Source: Proteobacteria bacterium UBA3413 (GTDB lineage Bacteria; Pseudomonadota; Gammaproteobacteria; Magnimaribacterales; D2472). Taken from it: a stretch of DNA of 64,000 nucleotides. Both the position numbers and the translations under genes were made by a program. The DNA lies in contig DEOR01000065.1 of assembly GCA_002358345.1 (NCBI GenBank), positions 36,305 to 100,304 on the forward strand. Direction: 5' to 3'. The notes under the pieces are model-generated. The model saw only the letters and a program-made list of their open reading frames with translations, was not told the DNA's origin and made no database searches. This document shows, in pieces, positions 1 to 10,803 of this stretch; the first letter of the stretch is position 1; the number at the start of each line of letters is the position of its first letter.

Positions 1-1
1 C

Positions 2-169
2 AAGGGCTGGGCGCGTATTGACTTGCTCCAAGATATTGATGGAAATTTCTACATCTTAGAAGTAAACACTGTTCCGGGTATGACCTCGCATAGCTTGTTT
101 CCTAGCTCTGCAAAAATTGCTGGGTTGGATTATAAGTCCTTAGTTAGAGAGATTATTGAAGGTGCCTAG
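2..169 (+). CDS. ddl: D-alanine--D-alanine ligase, C-terminal fragment (5' end outside window)
   Basis: Frame 2 is open from the window edge to TAG 167-169. The translation KGWARIDLLQDIDGNFYILEVNTVPGMTSHSLFPSSAKIAGLDYKSLVREIIEGA contains the conserved E-x-N-T-x-PGMT C-terminal ATP-grasp segment of Ddl. It is followed by ftsQ-ftsA as in dcw clusters. Confidence 0.85.
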   Translation, partial: KGWARIDLLQDIDGNFYILEVNTVPGMTSHSLFPSSAKIAGLDYKSLVREIIEGA

Positions 170-794
170 ATTAAAATTCTATCATTGCTGGATTCTTTTA
201 TTTACTGTTGCAGGCTGCAACAAATCTGATGGCCAACATATAGTTATTAATTTTGAAAATAGGCTAACCCTTAAAAAGGAAGTAGATATGATACAAAATA
301 TTCAATCTCTGCTCTCAAGCCAGCAAATACAAATATATTTACAGGATCAGCTGTGGATTGAAACCTTCTTAATTAAAAGTAGTTTTTTCAAACCAACTGA
401 AGTATTCATTCAAAGCAAAAAACCAAAGTATGTTTGGAGAAAAAAATTTTACATGGATCATAAGCTATCTAAGTTTTTATATGACGGCCAGCATTCTCAT
501 CTAATACACTTAGATATGCCCATAGAGTCTTTATATTCTTGGATAGAAGCAGAAGATGAAGTGACCCTGGCTTTAGATCAATTTGATCTAGTTATTGAAG
601 AGGTAAATTTTAACCCCGCAGGAGGGTGGCACCTGATTACTAAAAATTTACGGATTAATCTTGGAGATGATTTATCTACTCAGACATATCAAAAACTTTC
701 ACTTACTCTGAAATATATGTTCGAAAATAACCTAACACCTAGTATCATTGATCTAAGATATAAAGCCGGAGCAGCATTAAATTATGGCAAATAA
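156..794 (+). CDS. ftsQ: cell division protein FtsQ (short form)
   Basis: 212-aa ORF with a TTG start that overlaps ddl by 14 nt. It lies between ddl and ftsA. It has a basic N-terminus, a short hydrophobic segment and a POTRA-like region (IVINFENRLTLKKEVDMIQNIQSLL). The call rests mainly on position and architecture. Confidence 0.7.
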   Translation: MKVPRLKFYHCWILLFTVAGCNKSDGQHIVINFENRLTLKKEVDMIQNIQSLLSSQQIQIYLQDQLWIETFLIKSSFFKPTEVFIQSKKPKYVWRKKFYMDHKLSKFLYDGQHSHLIHLDMPIESLYSWIEAEDEVTLALDQFDLVIEEVNFNPAGGWHLITKNLRINLGDDLSTQTYQKLSLTLKYMFENNLTPSIIDLRYKAGAALNYGK

Positions 795-2013
795 TGGAAC
801 AAAAGATTCTGATTACGTTGTAGGACTAGATATTGGAACTTCTAAAGTAGTTTGCATTATTGGAAAATATATAGATCAGCATTCCATAGAAATTATCTCT
901 ATGGGCTCATATCCCTCCTCAGGCTTAAAGAAAGGCGTAGTAGTTAATATCGATGCTACTACAGATGCTATTCAAAAATCTCTTGATCAAGCCAAAACTT
1001 CATTTGAGGGTAAAATTAAAAATGTCTATGTGGGCATAGCGGGAAACCATATCCGAAGTTTAAATTCTCATGGAATTGTTGGAATCAAAGACAAAGAGGT
1101 GACTCCTGGTGATATTGATCGAGTGATGGAAGCTGCTCAAGCAGTAGCGATACCTTCTGATCAGAGAGTGCTGCATGTTTTACCTCAAGAATACGTTATA
1201 GATGACCAAGATTCTATCAGAGAGCCATTGGGCATGTCTGGCGTTCGATTAGAATCGCATGTGCATCTAGTAACCTGCGCAAATAATGCCATTCAAAATA
1301 TTGAAAAGTGCGTTAAAAGATGCGGGATTGATATTGATGGCTTTGTTTTAGAGCAATTAGCAAGCTCATATTCTGTTTTATCTGAGGATGAAAAAGAGTT
1401 GGGGGTCTGCTTGGTAGATATTGGTGGCGGCACAACTGATATTGCTGTCTTTAACTCTGGCTCTATTGCGTTTACCGGAGTTATTCCAATAGCTGGTGAC
1501 CAAGTCACCAGTGATATTGCAGTTGCCTTGAGAACTCCAACAGCTCAAGCTGAAGACATTAAACAAAAACATGGGTGTGCCGCAGCTGAGCTTACAAATG
1601 ATGGAGAGGTTCTAGAGGTTATGAGGGTTGGTGGAAGGCCCCCGGAAGATTTATCACGAAGGTCATTGGCTGAAATAATTGAGCCAAGATATGTTGAACT
1701 CTTTGAATTAATAAAAGCGGAAATTCAACGTAACGGTTTTGAAAACAAAATTCCAGCTGGAATTGTCCTAACAGGTGGAACTTCTAAAATAGAGGGCGCA
1801 GTGCAACTAGCCGAATCGATTTTTCAAACAAGCGTGCGACTTGGTATTCCAGAAAAATTTAGCGGAATGGAATCAGTTCTCAAGAATCCTATTTATGCAA
1901 CAGCCCTGGGGTTGGTTGGTTTCGGGTTTGATCAGCTTGAGCAGAGCTACACATTAGAGAATAATAAATCCTTTTTTGACCGAGCTTTTGGTTTCTTAAA
2001 AAATAATTATTGA
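784..2013 (+). CDS. ftsA: cell division protein FtsA
   Basis: 409 aa. Actin-fold phosphate motifs VVGLDIGTSKV and DIGGGTTDIAV are present. The C-terminus has an amphipathic membrane-targeting helix (FFDRAFGFLKNNY). Confidence 0.95.
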   Translation: MANNGTKDSDYVVGLDIGTSKVVCIIGKYIDQHSIEIISMGSYPSSGLKKGVVVNIDATTDAIQKSLDQAKTSFEGKIKNVYVGIAGNHIRSLNSHGIVGIKDKEVTPGDIDRVMEAAQAVAIPSDQRVLHVLPQEYVIDDQDSIREPLGMSGVRLESHVHLVTCANNAIQNIEKCVKRCGIDIDGFVLEQLASSYSVLSEDEKELGVCLVDIGGGTTDIAVFNSGSIAFTGVIPIAGDQVTSDIAVALRTPTAQAEDIKQKHGCAAAELTNDGEVLEVMRVGGRPPEDLSRRSLAEIIEPRYVELFELIKAEIQRNGFENKIPAGIVLTGGTSKIEGAVQLAESIFQTSVRLGIPEKFSGMESVLKNPIYATALGLVGFGFDQLEQSYTLENNKSFFDRAFGFLKNNY

Positions 2014-2093
2014 TTGCTGCAGTCATTTATCTTAGAATTCACGCTCCTTGGTTTTTTGATACCCAAAAAATCTATTAACTCATAAGGAAATAT

Positions 2094-2531
2094 ATGAATA
2101 ACTACGAACTAACACTAATCCTAAATCCCGACTTATCTTCTAAGTTTGATGACTTTGAGTCTAAATTTTCAAAAGTTTTGGCCGATATCGGGTTTGAAAC
2201 CAAGAGACTAGAGAATATTGGAAGAAGGCAGCTGGCATACAGCATTCTAAATCATAATAAAGGGCACTATGTCATTTATCAGCTAGAAGGTCCTGCTGCG
2301 GGAGCTGTAGAGCTTGAAACTAAGCTCAAATACGATACTGCTGTGATTAGAAGTCTCTTGTTAAAAGTGGATACTCTCTCTCTTGAAGATTCTTTACTGA
2401 TGATCGAATCACGAGAAGCTAAAAAAGCTCCAGAAGAAATCAAGGTAACTCCACCCAAAGGAAAGGTAGCTGAAGAGCCTAAGCCAAAAGAAGATGTTGC
2501 TGAAGATACCAATACAACGGAGACTGAATAA
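2094..2531 (+). CDS. rpsF: 30S ribosomal protein S6
   Basis: 145 aa. Typical S6 N-terminus [14 protein letters not shown] and an acidic C-terminal tail. It precedes rpsR-rplI. Confidence 0.93.
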   Translation: MNNYELTLILNPDLSSKFDDFESKFSKVLADIGFETKRLENIGRRQLAYSILNHNKGHYVIYQLEGPAAGAVELETKLKYDTAVIRSLLLKVDTLSLEDSLLMIESREAKKAPEEIKVTPPKGKVAEEPKPKEDVAEDTNTTETE

Positions 2532-2722
2532 TGTCACAAGATGCAAAAAAGAATTTTAATTACAAGAACATAGATCTCTTAAAGAGATATATAACAGAAA
2601 CTGGAAAAATTATTCCTGCCAGAGTATCCAATGTTAGCGCTGCGGAACAAAGAAAGCTAACTAAATCAATCAAGATTGCAAGGTTCTTGGCTTTGCTTCC
2701 ATACACAGATTCACATAGATAA
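2531..2722 (+). CDS. rpsR: 30S ribosomal protein S18
   Basis: 63 aa with the S18 signature [17 protein letters not shown]...[11 protein letters not shown]. Its ATG overlaps the rpsF TAA by 1 nt. Confidence 0.93.
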   Translation: MSQDAKKNFNYKNIDLLKRYITETGKIIPARVSNVSAAEQRKLTKSIKIARFLALLPYTDSHR

Positions 2723-2725
2723 ATT

Positions 2726-3172
2726 ATGAAAATTATACTTTTAGACAAAATCCAAAAACTGGGTGGAATCGGTGACGTTGTAGATGTCAGTTCCGGCTAT
2801 GCCAGAAATTTTCTAATTCCAAAAAAGAAAGCCATGTTTGCTTCAGAAGACAATCTAAAATATGTCGAAAGCAGAAAGTCTGAGTTAGCTGCTGCATCAG
2901 CTGATGAGGTTGCTAAAGCTCAAGGTTTATCAGATTCCATATCAGGCTCAAGGGTAGAGATCAAAGTTCAAGTCACAGAAGAGGGAGTTTTGTATGGTTC
3001 GGTTGGAACTAGAGAAATTTCAGATGCATTTTCAGCTATTGATTTTGATGTTGATAAAAGCGTGGTACAGCTTCCAGAAGGACCGCTGAAGGAGCTTGGA
3101 GATTACTCCATTACTTTACTTTTCCATCCAGAGGTTTCTTGCGTTGTTGAAGTTTCAGTTCAGCCAGAATAG
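2726..3172 (+). CDS. rplI: 50S ribosomal protein L9
   Basis: 148 aa with the L9 N-terminal domain MKIILLDKIQKLGGIGDVVDVSSGYARNFLIPKKKA. Confidence 0.93.
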   Translation: MKIILLDKIQKLGGIGDVVDVSSGYARNFLIPKKKAMFASEDNLKYVESRKSELAAASADEVAKAQGLSDSISGSRVEIKVQVTEEGVLYGSVGTREISDAFSAIDFDVDKSVVQLPEGPLKELGDYSITLLFHPEVSCVVEVSVQPE

Positions 3173-3208
3173 TTGTTATCTTGATAATATGATGTAAAAA
3201 TCATATTT

Positions 3209-4579
3209 ATGTCAATCCAGTCCATAGAAAATACAGAACAAGTCCGCGACCTTGAAAAGGCCGTGTTAGGCGGCTTGATGCTAGAAACTGAGAGATATGA
3301 TGCTGTGAGTCTAATCATTCAATTTTCTGATTTTGAAGGCCAAGACCATCAAAGTATATTCCAGTCCATGGGAGAACTGGTGTACTCCAACAAACCACTT
3401 GATCCTTTAACCGTTTCAGATCGACTGGATAGCAAAAATCTTCTCACCAGAGCTGGCGGCAAAAATTACCTTATTGACCTAGCTTCTGCCAGCCCATCTG
3501 CAGCTAATCTTGAAGCCTATGCTGAAATGATTCGTCAAAAATCTATTTCCAGGAAATTGATGAAAATCAACTCAGAAATAGCTCAATTAATTCTTAATCC
3601 ACAAGGCAAAGATGCGGCTGCATTGCTTGATGAAGCGGAAACAAAAATTTTCTCATTGAATGATGAGGCTAGCAAAACTGCTTCAAGCATTCAGAAATTA
3701 GATGTCTTGATACCTCAGTCCATTGATAGGTTAAATCAAATTGCCAATAGCGGTTCCTCTTTGCTAGGCTCATCAACGGGCTTCAAAGATCTAGATGCTA
3801 AATTACAGGGTTTGCAGAAAGGTGACCTGATTATTGTGGCAGCTAGACCCAGCATGGGTAAAACTGCTTTGAGCATGAATATAGTAGAGAATTTCTTATT
3901 AAACAAAGAGGTTAAGGGCGGCGTTCTTGCATTCAGTCTTGAGATGCCAGCTGAATCGTTGACTACTAGACTCCTTGCGAGCAATGCTAAGATTGACCAA
4001 CAAAAAGTCCGATCAGCATCCATGAATCAAAATGATTTAAAAAGATTTATGGAATCCTCTTCTAAGCTGAAAGATCTGCCTTTGTACATTGATGATAGTT
4101 CAATGTTATCTCCCATGGAATTAAGAGCTAGAGCTAGAAGAATTCATAGGCAGGAACCTCATGGCTTGTCTTTGATAGTAGTTGATTATCTTCAGTTAAT
4201 GGGATTACCCTCTTCAACTGAAAATAGAGTGAATCAAATATCAGAAATATCTCGATCTTTAAAAATGCTAGCAAAAGATTTAAATGTCCCAGTGATAGCA
4301 TTGTCTCAGCTAAATAGGTCTGTAGAGCAACGCCCTAATAGGAGACCTGTTATGTCAGACTTAAGGGATTCCGGTGCTATTGAGCAAGATGCAGATGTAA
4401 TTTTATTCATCTATAGGGATGAAGTTTATAATGAGGATTCTGAGGAAGGTAACAAAGCAGAAATAATTATAGGCAAACAAAGGAATGGCCCTATTGGAAA
4501 AGTAAACCTGACATTCCTCAAGGAATTTACTAGATTTGAGGATTTTGCAGTAGATAGCTATTACGACAACATCCAATGA
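3209..4579 (+). CDS. dnaB: replicative DNA helicase DnaB
   Basis: 456 aa. Walker A ARPSMGKTA is present, with DnaB motifs VVDYLQLM, ALSQLNRSVEQR and IIGKQRNGPIG. The rplI-dnaB order is conserved. Confidence 0.95.
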   Translation: MSIQSIENTEQVRDLEKAVLGGLMLETERYDAVSLIIQFSDFEGQDHQSIFQSMGELVYSNKPLDPLTVSDRLDSKNLLTRAGGKNYLIDLASASPSAANLEAYAEMIRQKSISRKLMKINSEIAQLILNPQGKDAAALLDEAETKIFSLNDEASKTASSIQKLDVLIPQSIDRLNQIANSGSSLLGSSTGFKDLDAKLQGLQKGDLIIVAARPSMGKTALSMNIVENFLLNKEVKGGVLAFSLEMPAESLTTRLLASNAKIDQQKVRSASMNQNDLKRFMESSSKLKDLPLYIDDSSMLSPMELRARARRIHRQEPHGLSLIVVDYLQLMGLPSSTENRVNQISEISRSLKMLAKDLNVPVIALSQLNRSVEQRPNRRPVMSDLRDSGAIEQDADVILFIYRDEVYNEDSEEGNKAEIIIGKQRNGPIGKVNLTFLKEFTRFEDFAVDSYYDNIQ

Positions 4580-5628
4580 TGCAACCAAATTCTGAACTCA
4601 TTATTGACTATGGGTTAGTAAGAAATAATATTCAGTTCATTAAAGACCAAATCTCACCATCATCGAAGTTTATGGCAATTGTTAAAAGCAATGCCTACGG
4701 CCATGACCTGGATACAATGGTGCGAGCTCTAAATGATAGCGTTGATGGTTTTGGCGTGGTCCGTCTTGAAGAGGCAATTAATTTACGAGCAAAATCTGTT
4801 TTACCAATCTTGATGATGCAAGGAGTCTACTCTATAGAAGCTTATGATGAATTAAAAAATCATAAAATTTGGACCACGATTCATTCTCTTGCGCAAATTC
4901 CTCTGGCTCAGAAATATTTAGATGATTTAATATTCTGGATTAAAATTAACACAGGAATGAATAGGCTGGGACTGCAGTTACATGAATTAGAGGCATGTGC
5001 CTCTTTTATTAAGGAGGGTAACGTTCTGATGACCCATTTGGCATGCGCAGATAATCCCCGTGATGAGATGAATCAAAGACAATTTTTAAAATTTGATGAG
5101 GCCTGGAAGAATACAAACCAGAAATTACTTCGCAGCGTTGTTAATTCAGCTGGAGCAATCAATTTTCCAAAACAATCTCATGATTGGTCTAGAATAGGCA
5201 TTGGAATGTATGGAGGTCTGCCGCATATACCAGATCTTAAAACAGCCATGTCTTTTAGAAGTCAAATTATTGGATTTCAAGATCTAAAGTTGGGAGAGCG
5301 AATTGGTTATGGTGGTCGGATAAAAACTTCGAGAAATACGAAACTTGCAATAGTTTATTGTGGATATGCCGATGGGTTACCCCAGCCAACCATTGATGGA
5401 ACCAAGGTTAGAGTGAATAATGATATTGCTAATGTTATGGGAAGAGTCAGCATGGATTTAATTTCTATTGATGTCACCGATAATCCGAATTGCGCCATTG
5501 GTGATTGGTGTGAATTTTGGGCACCTGATTTATCTATCAATCTAACTACTCAAACAAATCATTTGATTCCCTATGAACTGATGACCAAAATAAGTCCAAG
5601 AGTAAAAAGACACTATGTGAATGTATGA
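4576..5628 (+). CDS. alr: alanine racemase
   Basis: 350 aa with the PLP-lysine motif AIVKSNAYGHD. ATGA overlap with the dnaB stop. The dnaB-alr order matches Pseudomonas. Confidence 0.9.
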   Translation: MMQPNSELIIDYGLVRNNIQFIKDQISPSSKFMAIVKSNAYGHDLDTMVRALNDSVDGFGVVRLEEAINLRAKSVLPILMMQGVYSIEAYDELKNHKIWTTIHSLAQIPLAQKYLDDLIFWIKINTGMNRLGLQLHELEACASFIKEGNVLMTHLACADNPRDEMNQRQFLKFDEAWKNTNQKLLRSVVNSAGAINFPKQSHDWSRIGIGMYGGLPHIPDLKTAMSFRSQIIGFQDLKLGERIGYGGRIKTSRNTKLAIVYCGYADGLPQPTIDGTKVRVNNDIANVMGRVSMDLISIDVTDNPNCAIGDWCEFWAPDLSINLTTQTNHLIPYELMTKISPRVKRHYVNV

Positions 5629-6704
5629 AAATTAATTATGTAAAAAATAACCCAAGAGATATTCGCTTGGAAGAAGAATTACCTCCCTATATGACAGAAG
5701 CTGTAGCAGATGACATCGTGGAGATTTTTAAAACACCATTAGCTGGATCTTACAATTGGGATTACACCATTCAAGATAATAGAATCAAGAAGCTTTATGA
5801 GCTTGGCAAGGAATTAAATTGGAATGTTGAGCTTGATATAGATTGGTCCAGACCTTTTGTAAAATTCACTGAGCCAGTAGAAATTTTTTGGGATGAATTT
5901 CCCCCTTATCAAAAACTGTCTTATCAAAAGAAGGTTGAGTTTTTAAATCATAGAATCGCATGGAGTCAAAGTCAGTTTCTGCATGGAGAGCAGGGCGCTC
6001 TATTGGTTGCCTCCCAACTGACCTCTTGTGCACCAACATACAATGCAAAGCTTTATGCAGCATCTCAAACTTTTGATGAGGCAAGGCATGTAGAGGCCTT
6101 CAATAAGTACATTCAAACTAGGATAAAAATGATGTACCCAATTGGGAATGCATTGAAGTCCATTCTAGATAAGATACTAACGGATCCAAGGTGGGATCTA
6201 AAATTTATAGGCATGCAAATCATTATTGAAGGTCTGGCCCTAGCAGCATTCCAGTCATCCAGAGAGTTGACAAAAGATCCGGTGCTATATGACATGTTGG
6301 GATTAATTATTCGAGATGAGGCAAGACACGTTACATTTGGTATCAATTACCTAGAGGAGTTTATTGAAACTTTAACTGAAGAAGAAAAAGAAGAGAGAGC
6401 TCAATTTGCATTTGAGGCTTGCTGGCTAAGTCGAGAAAGGTTGCTATCAACTGATGTGTTTGAGCGCTTTGGGTGGGATATTGAGGAAGCAAGACAATTT
6501 CAGTTAGGCACAGATATCAATAAGCATTTCCAAAAGCTATTATTTCAAAGAGTTATGCCTAATCTTAGGCGAATCGGTCTTTTGAGGGATTCTGTTAAAG
6601 ATAAATTTGAGGATCTAGGAATCCTTGAATACGCATCTTCCAAAAGTGATGCCGATATAGATTGGGCAGATTTATCTAGACCTTTATTTGAAGAAAGTGC
6701 GTAA
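5625..6704 (+). CDS. ferritin-like diiron-carboxylate protein (AurF-like oxygenase superfamily), function unknown
   Basis: 359 aa. Two E-x-x-H motifs (DEARHVEAF and DEARHVTFG) are each preceded by a candidate ligand Glu (HGEQGAL, IIEGLAL). This is the 4-helix diiron pattern. ATGA overlap with the alr stop. Confidence 0.6.
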   Translation: MKINYVKNNPRDIRLEEELPPYMTEAVADDIVEIFKTPLAGSYNWDYTIQDNRIKKLYELGKELNWNVELDIDWSRPFVKFTEPVEIFWDEFPPYQKLSYQKKVEFLNHRIAWSQSQFLHGEQGALLVASQLTSCAPTYNAKLYAASQTFDEARHVEAFNKYIQTRIKMMYPIGNALKSILDKILTDPRWDLKFIGMQIIIEGLALAAFQSSRELTKDPVLYDMLGLIIRDEARHVTFGINYLEEFIETLTEEEKEERAQFAFEACWLSRERLLSTDVFERFGWDIEEARQFQLGTDINKHFQKLLFQRVMPNLRRIGLLRDSVKDKFEDLGILEYASSKSDADIDWADLSRPLFEESA

Positions 6705-6757
6705 TTAGTTTTTATTAGCACTAATATCTGATATTCTGTTATCCCATCAAAAACTAA

Positions 6758-8397
<1,640 letters not shown>

Positions 8398-8398
<1 letters not shown>

Positions 8399-9225
8399 TG
8401 TTTTTAACTTTAAAAAATTCTAAGATTGGTAACAATGAGCCTATGACTCTTATGGGCGGTGTCAATGTGCTAGAGTCTGAATCCATTGCAATGAGCGTGG
8501 CTGAGAAGTTTGCTGAAGCAGCATCTGAGCTGAAGATAAATTGGATTTTCAAGGGATCTTTTGATAAGGCCAACCGAAGTTCCATTTCCTCATACCGTGG
8601 TCCCGGTCTTGATGAAGGCCTAAGAATTTTAGAAAAAGTTAAAGAGACCTTCGATGTTGCAACCATTACAGATATTCATGAGCCTGCCCAAGCCCTGCCT
8701 GTGGCTGAGGTATGTGACATTATTCAAATTCCTGCCTTTTTGTGCAGGCAAACAGATTTGGTAATTGCGGCAGCGCAAACTCAGAAAATTATTCAGTTTA
8801 AAAAGCCGCAATTTTTATCAGCCCCTGAGATGAAAAATGTGATTGAAAAATGCGAAGAAGCAGGTAATAAGCAGATCATTCTTTGCGAGCGTGGCAATGT
8901 TTTTGGCTATAATAATCTTGTAGTTGATATGCTAAATTTTCAAATTATGAAAAATTTAAATGTACCCGTAATTTTTGATGCAACACATGCTCTTCAACTT
9001 CCTGGTGGCCTGGGTAATGCTGCTGGTGGGAGAAGGGAGTTCTTATTGCCACTTGCAAAGGCTGGGCTTAGCCAGGGGATTGCAGGCTTGTTTTTAGAGG
9101 CGCATCCAAATCCTGACGAGGCAAAGTGTGATGGCCCTTGTGCGATATCCTCGGATCAGATTTACCCCATTTTATCTCAGCTAGCTGCTCTAGATACTTT
9201 TATTAAACAACAAGAAAGCATTTAG
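8398..9225 (+). CDS. kdsA: 3-deoxy-8-phosphooctulonate (KDO8P) synthase
   Basis: 275 aa with KGSFDKANRSS and FDATHALQLPGG motifs. TAATG overlap with pyrG. The pyrG-kdsA-eno order matches Pseudomonas. Confidence 0.93.
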
Positions 9226-9227
9226 CA

Positions 9228-10517
9228 GTGCCAAATATTCAATCAATCCAAGCCATCCAGGTTTTTGATTCACGGGGATCCCCAACCGTCTCTTGTGAAA
9301 TCTATTTGAGCAATGGGACCTCCTACACTTCTATGGTGCCTAGCGGAGCTTCAACAGGCTCTAGGGAGGCTTTAGAGCTTCGTGATGGGGGCGATGACTA
9401 TATGGGCAGAGGAGTGCAAAAGGCCATAGAAAATATCCATCATCATATTGCACCTGCCCTCATGGGACTTGATGCGAGAGATCAACAGTTGATTGATGAA
9501 AGAATGATAGAGCTAGATGGATCTTCAGCCAAATCTTACTTAGGCGCAAATGCCATTCTGGGAGTTTCGCTGGCTGTGCTTGGAGCAGGCGCCAAAACAT
9601 CCCAAACCCCCCTTTATCAATATATTAATCAAGTATTCCATCAGATAAATTCTGTAACGCTGGATATGCAGCTACCGGTTCCAATGTTAAATATTATTAA
9701 CGGAGGCGAGCATGCTGATAATAATATTGATATCCAAGAGTTTATGATTATGCCTTTAGGCGCATCATCATTTTCCGAAGGAATGCAGTGGTCTACTGAG
9801 ATATATGCAGGTTTAAAAACACTCTTACGGCAGAAAAATCTTAGCACAGGCGTTGGAGATGAGGGAGGCTTCGCACCTCACTTACAGTCACATCAAGAGG
9901 CTATTGCGTTAATTATTCAAGCTATAGAGAATAATAATCTAAGACCAGGAGTAGATGTTAGTATTGCGCTCGACTGCGCTGCGACAGAATTCTATGATGG
10001 CGATTTATATCACCTCAAAGGAGAGTCATTAAAGCTTAATGCCGATGAGTTCTCAGAATATTTAGAATCCTTGAGCTCCAAATACCCTATCGTCTCAATT
10101 GAAGACGGCATGGATGAAAGTGATTACAAGGGCTGGAAAATACTGACTAACGCGCTGGGCAAAAAATGTCAATTGGTTGGCGATGATTTATTCGTGACCA
10201 ATGTTGAAGAGCTGCAAAGAGGAATTGATGAATCTCTTGGTAACTCTATCCTAATCAAGTTCAATCAAATTGGAACTATCACCGAGACCATGCGCACTAT
10301 TCACCTTGCAAATTTAAATAACTTTACCTCGGTTATTTCACACAGATCAGGTGAGACAGAAGATAGCATGATAGCTGATTTATGCGTTGGCTTGGGTACC
10401 GGGCAAATTAAAACCGGTGCTCCATGTCGCTCTGATAGAGTGGCAAAATATAATCGGTTATTGTGGATAGAGGCACAAAATAAAAATCTAAAATTTGCTG
10501 GCAATGTTTTTAGCTAA
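9228..10517 (+). CDS. eno: enolase
   Basis: 429 aa with a GTG start. Motifs VFDSRGSPTV, IKFNQIGTITET and SHRSGETED are present. Confidence 0.96.
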   Translation: MPNIQSIQAIQVFDSRGSPTVSCEIYLSNGTSYTSMVPSGASTGSREALELRDGGDDYMGRGVQKAIENIHHHIAPALMGLDARDQQLIDERMIELDGSSAKSYLGANAILGVSLAVLGAGAKTSQTPLYQYINQVFHQINSVTLDMQLPVPMLNIINGGEHADNNIDIQEFMIMPLGASSFSEGMQWSTEIYAGLKTLLRQKNLSTGVGDEGGFAPHLQSHQEAIALIIQAIENNNLRPGVDVSIALDCAATEFYDGDLYHLKGESLKLNADEFSEYLESLSSKYPIVSIEDGMDESDYKGWKILTNALGKKCQLVGDDLFVTNVEELQRGIDESLGNSILIKFNQIGTITETMRTIHLANLNNFTSVISHRSGETEDSMIADLCVGLGTGQIKTGAPCRSDRVAKYNRLLWIEAQNKNLKFAGNVFS

Positions 10518-10803
10518 AATCTTGATAGGGCTTTTCCTAACATTGGTGACTATTACTTTTTATAGCCTGTACTTTGGCGGTGATAGCAAGCAAACATACC
10601 TAGATATTCATGCTGAAAATCAGCTGCTGATTGAAAGCAATGCTGATCTCTCTAAGCAAAACAATCTTCTAGAATTAGAAATTCAAAGCAAACAGCAGAA
10701 TGATATGCATGCAGAAAAATTTGCACGCGAACAACTCAATCTTATCTACAAAGATGAAGATTTTCTAAGCTTTGAGACCAAAAAACCTAATGCACCACAA
10801 TAG
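10504..10803 (+). CDS. ftsB: cell division protein FtsB (septum formation initiator)
   Basis: 99 aa from ATG 10504 (the ORF track uses TTG 10495). One N-terminal TM segment followed by a coiled coil. The eno-ftsB-ispD position is conserved. It overlaps eno by 14 nt. Confidence 0.8.
   Translation: MFLAKILIGLFLTLVTITFYSLYFGGDSKQTYLDIHAENQLLIESNADLSKQNNLLELEIQSKQQNDMHAEKFAREQLNLIYKDEDFLSFETKKPNAPQ

Noticed and set aside
2060-2086. AT-only hairpin TTTTTTG-atacc-CAAAAAA between ftsA and rpsF, and the 14-nt palindrome TTTTTTATAAAAAA in the bcp/dapA spacer (about 31097-31110).
   Set aside because: These are low-complexity A/T stems with negligible stability, and such runs are expected by chance in AT-rich spacers. 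They are not convincing terminators or operators.
2531-2726. priB is absent between rpsF and rpsR.
   Set aside because: rpsF-priB-rpsR is the enterobacterial arrangement. Pseudomonas-type genomes also lack priB here, so this is not informative.
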